A stretch of 64,000 nt of DNA from Haliotis rufescens. Its lineage: Eukaryota. The translations under genes were made by a program, and so were the position numbers. Under the pieces are notes generated by a model that was given only the letters and a program-made list of their open reading frames with translations, was not told the origin of the DNA and did no database searches. Shown here piece by piece: positions 62,633 to 64,000 of the stretch. The stretch is taken from contig NW_025964383.1 of NCBI RefSeq assembly GCF_023055435.1, forward strand, positions 48,732,001 to 48,796,000, in the 5' to 3' direction. Numbering within the stretch: the first letter of the stretch is position 1; each line of letters begins with the position of its first letter.

Positions 62633-63040
62633 CACTGGGACTACTTTCACCAACTGGGATAGGGTATTCACTAAGTAGGACTATTTCACCAACTGGGATA
62701 GGGTATTCACTAAGTAGGACTATTTCACCAACTGGGATAGGGTATTCACTAAGTAGGACTATTTCACCAACTGGGATAGGGTATTCACTAAGTAGGACTA
62801 TTTCACCAACTGGGATAGGGTATTCACTAAGTAGGACTATTTCACCAACTGGGATAGGGTATTCACTAAGTAGGACTATTTCACCAACTGGGATAGGGTA
62901 TTCACTAAGTAGGACTATTTCACCAACTGGGATAGGGTATTCACTAAGTAGGACTATTTCACCAACTGGGATAGGGTATTCACTAAGTAGGACTATTTCA
63001 CCAACTGGGATAGGGTATTCACTAAGTAGGACTACTTCAT
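62633..63040. repeat. Homogeneous 39-bp satellite, about 10 copies
   Basis: Unit CTGGGATAGGGTATTCACTAAGTAGGACTATTTCACCAA. Confidence 0.97.
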
Positions 63041-64000
63041 CCAGGTGGGATAAGGTATTGACAAAGTGGGATTATCACATCAAGCTGGGATAAGGTATGG
63101 ACTAAGTGGGATTACCACATTAAGCTGGGATAAGGTATGGACTAAGTGGGATTACCACATTAAGCTGGGATAAGGTATGGACTAACTGGGATTACCACAT
63201 TAAGCTGGGATAAGGTATGGACTAAGTGGGATTACCACATTAAGCTGGGATAAGGTATGGACTAACTGGGATTATCACATTAAGCTGGGATAAGGTATGG
63301 ACTAACTGGGATTACAACATCAAGGTGGGATAAGGTATGGACTAAGTGGGATTACTTCATTTAAGTGGGATAAGTTATTGACTAAGTGGAATTACCACAT
63401 CTAGGTTGGAAAAGGCATTGAAAAAGTGGGATTACCACATATAGGTTAGGTAAAGTATTAACTAACTGGGATTACTACATTTAGCTTGGATAAGATATTG
63501 ACTAAGTGGGATTACTTCATCCAAGTGTGATAAGTTATTGTCTAAGGGGGATTACCACATCTAGGTTGGATAAGGCATAGACACAGTTGGATTACCACAT
63601 CTAGGTTAGGTAAAGTATTAACTAAGTGGGATTACCACATCTAGGTTGGATAAGGTATTGACTAAGTGGGATTACCACATCTAGGTTGGATAAGGTATTG
63701 ACTAAGTGGGATTATCACATCTTGCAGGGAAAAGGTATTTACTAAGTGGGATTACTTCATCCAAGTTGGATAAGGTATGGACTAAGTTGGTTTTCCACAT
63801 ATAGCTAGGATAAGGTATAGACTAAGGGAGATTACCTCCTTTAGCTGGAAGAAGGTATTGACTTTGTGGGATTACCATATCCAGCTGGGATAAGGTATTG
63901 ACTAAGTGGCATTACTGCATCCAAATTGGATAAGGTATGGACTAAGTGGGATTATTACATCTAGCTGGGATAAGGTCTGGACTAAGTGCGACTACTTCCT
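63041..64000. repeat. 40-bp satellite, diverged, related to the 39-bp unit; runs off the window end
   Basis: Unit CTGGGATAAGGTATGGACTAAGTGGGATTACCACATTAAG. Confidence 0.95.

Overview
Eukaryotic (metazoan) genomic DNA. The SINE types and the ankyrin-repeat style suggest a gastropod mollusc, probably abalone (Haliotis); this is an inference. Roughly half of the window is tandem repeat: at least 11 distinct satellite/minisatellite arrays with units of 12-82 bp. Between and inside them lies a co-oriented (+ strand) cluster of four spliced genes for single-pass membrane receptors with SCARF1/MEGF10-type EGF-like ectodomains, in an alternating A-B-A'-B' order. Gene A (4614-8302, 437 aa) and gene C (40310-46262, 490 aa) are paralogues: signal peptide, one ~1-kb multi-EGF exon, TM helix and a short acidic tail with tyrosine motifs. 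Gene B (23596-36636, 381 aa) has a short EGF ectodomain, a TM helix and a cytoplasmic ankyrin-repeat domain (a 'mini-Notch'-like layout); in my model its frame is kept only through an 8-nt microexon. Gene D (57834->62408, incomplete in the window) is the paralogue of B and has a GC donor. The most striking candidate system is a tandemly duplicated two-gene receptor cassette (Tyr-tail receptor + ankyrin-tail receptor). Also present: a decayed Tc1/mariner transposase, two SINE-like families with TSDs, MITEs, a probable solo LTR, and satellites that appear to be seeded from transposon parts. All gene models were built by hand from splice signals and phase and have no transcript support.
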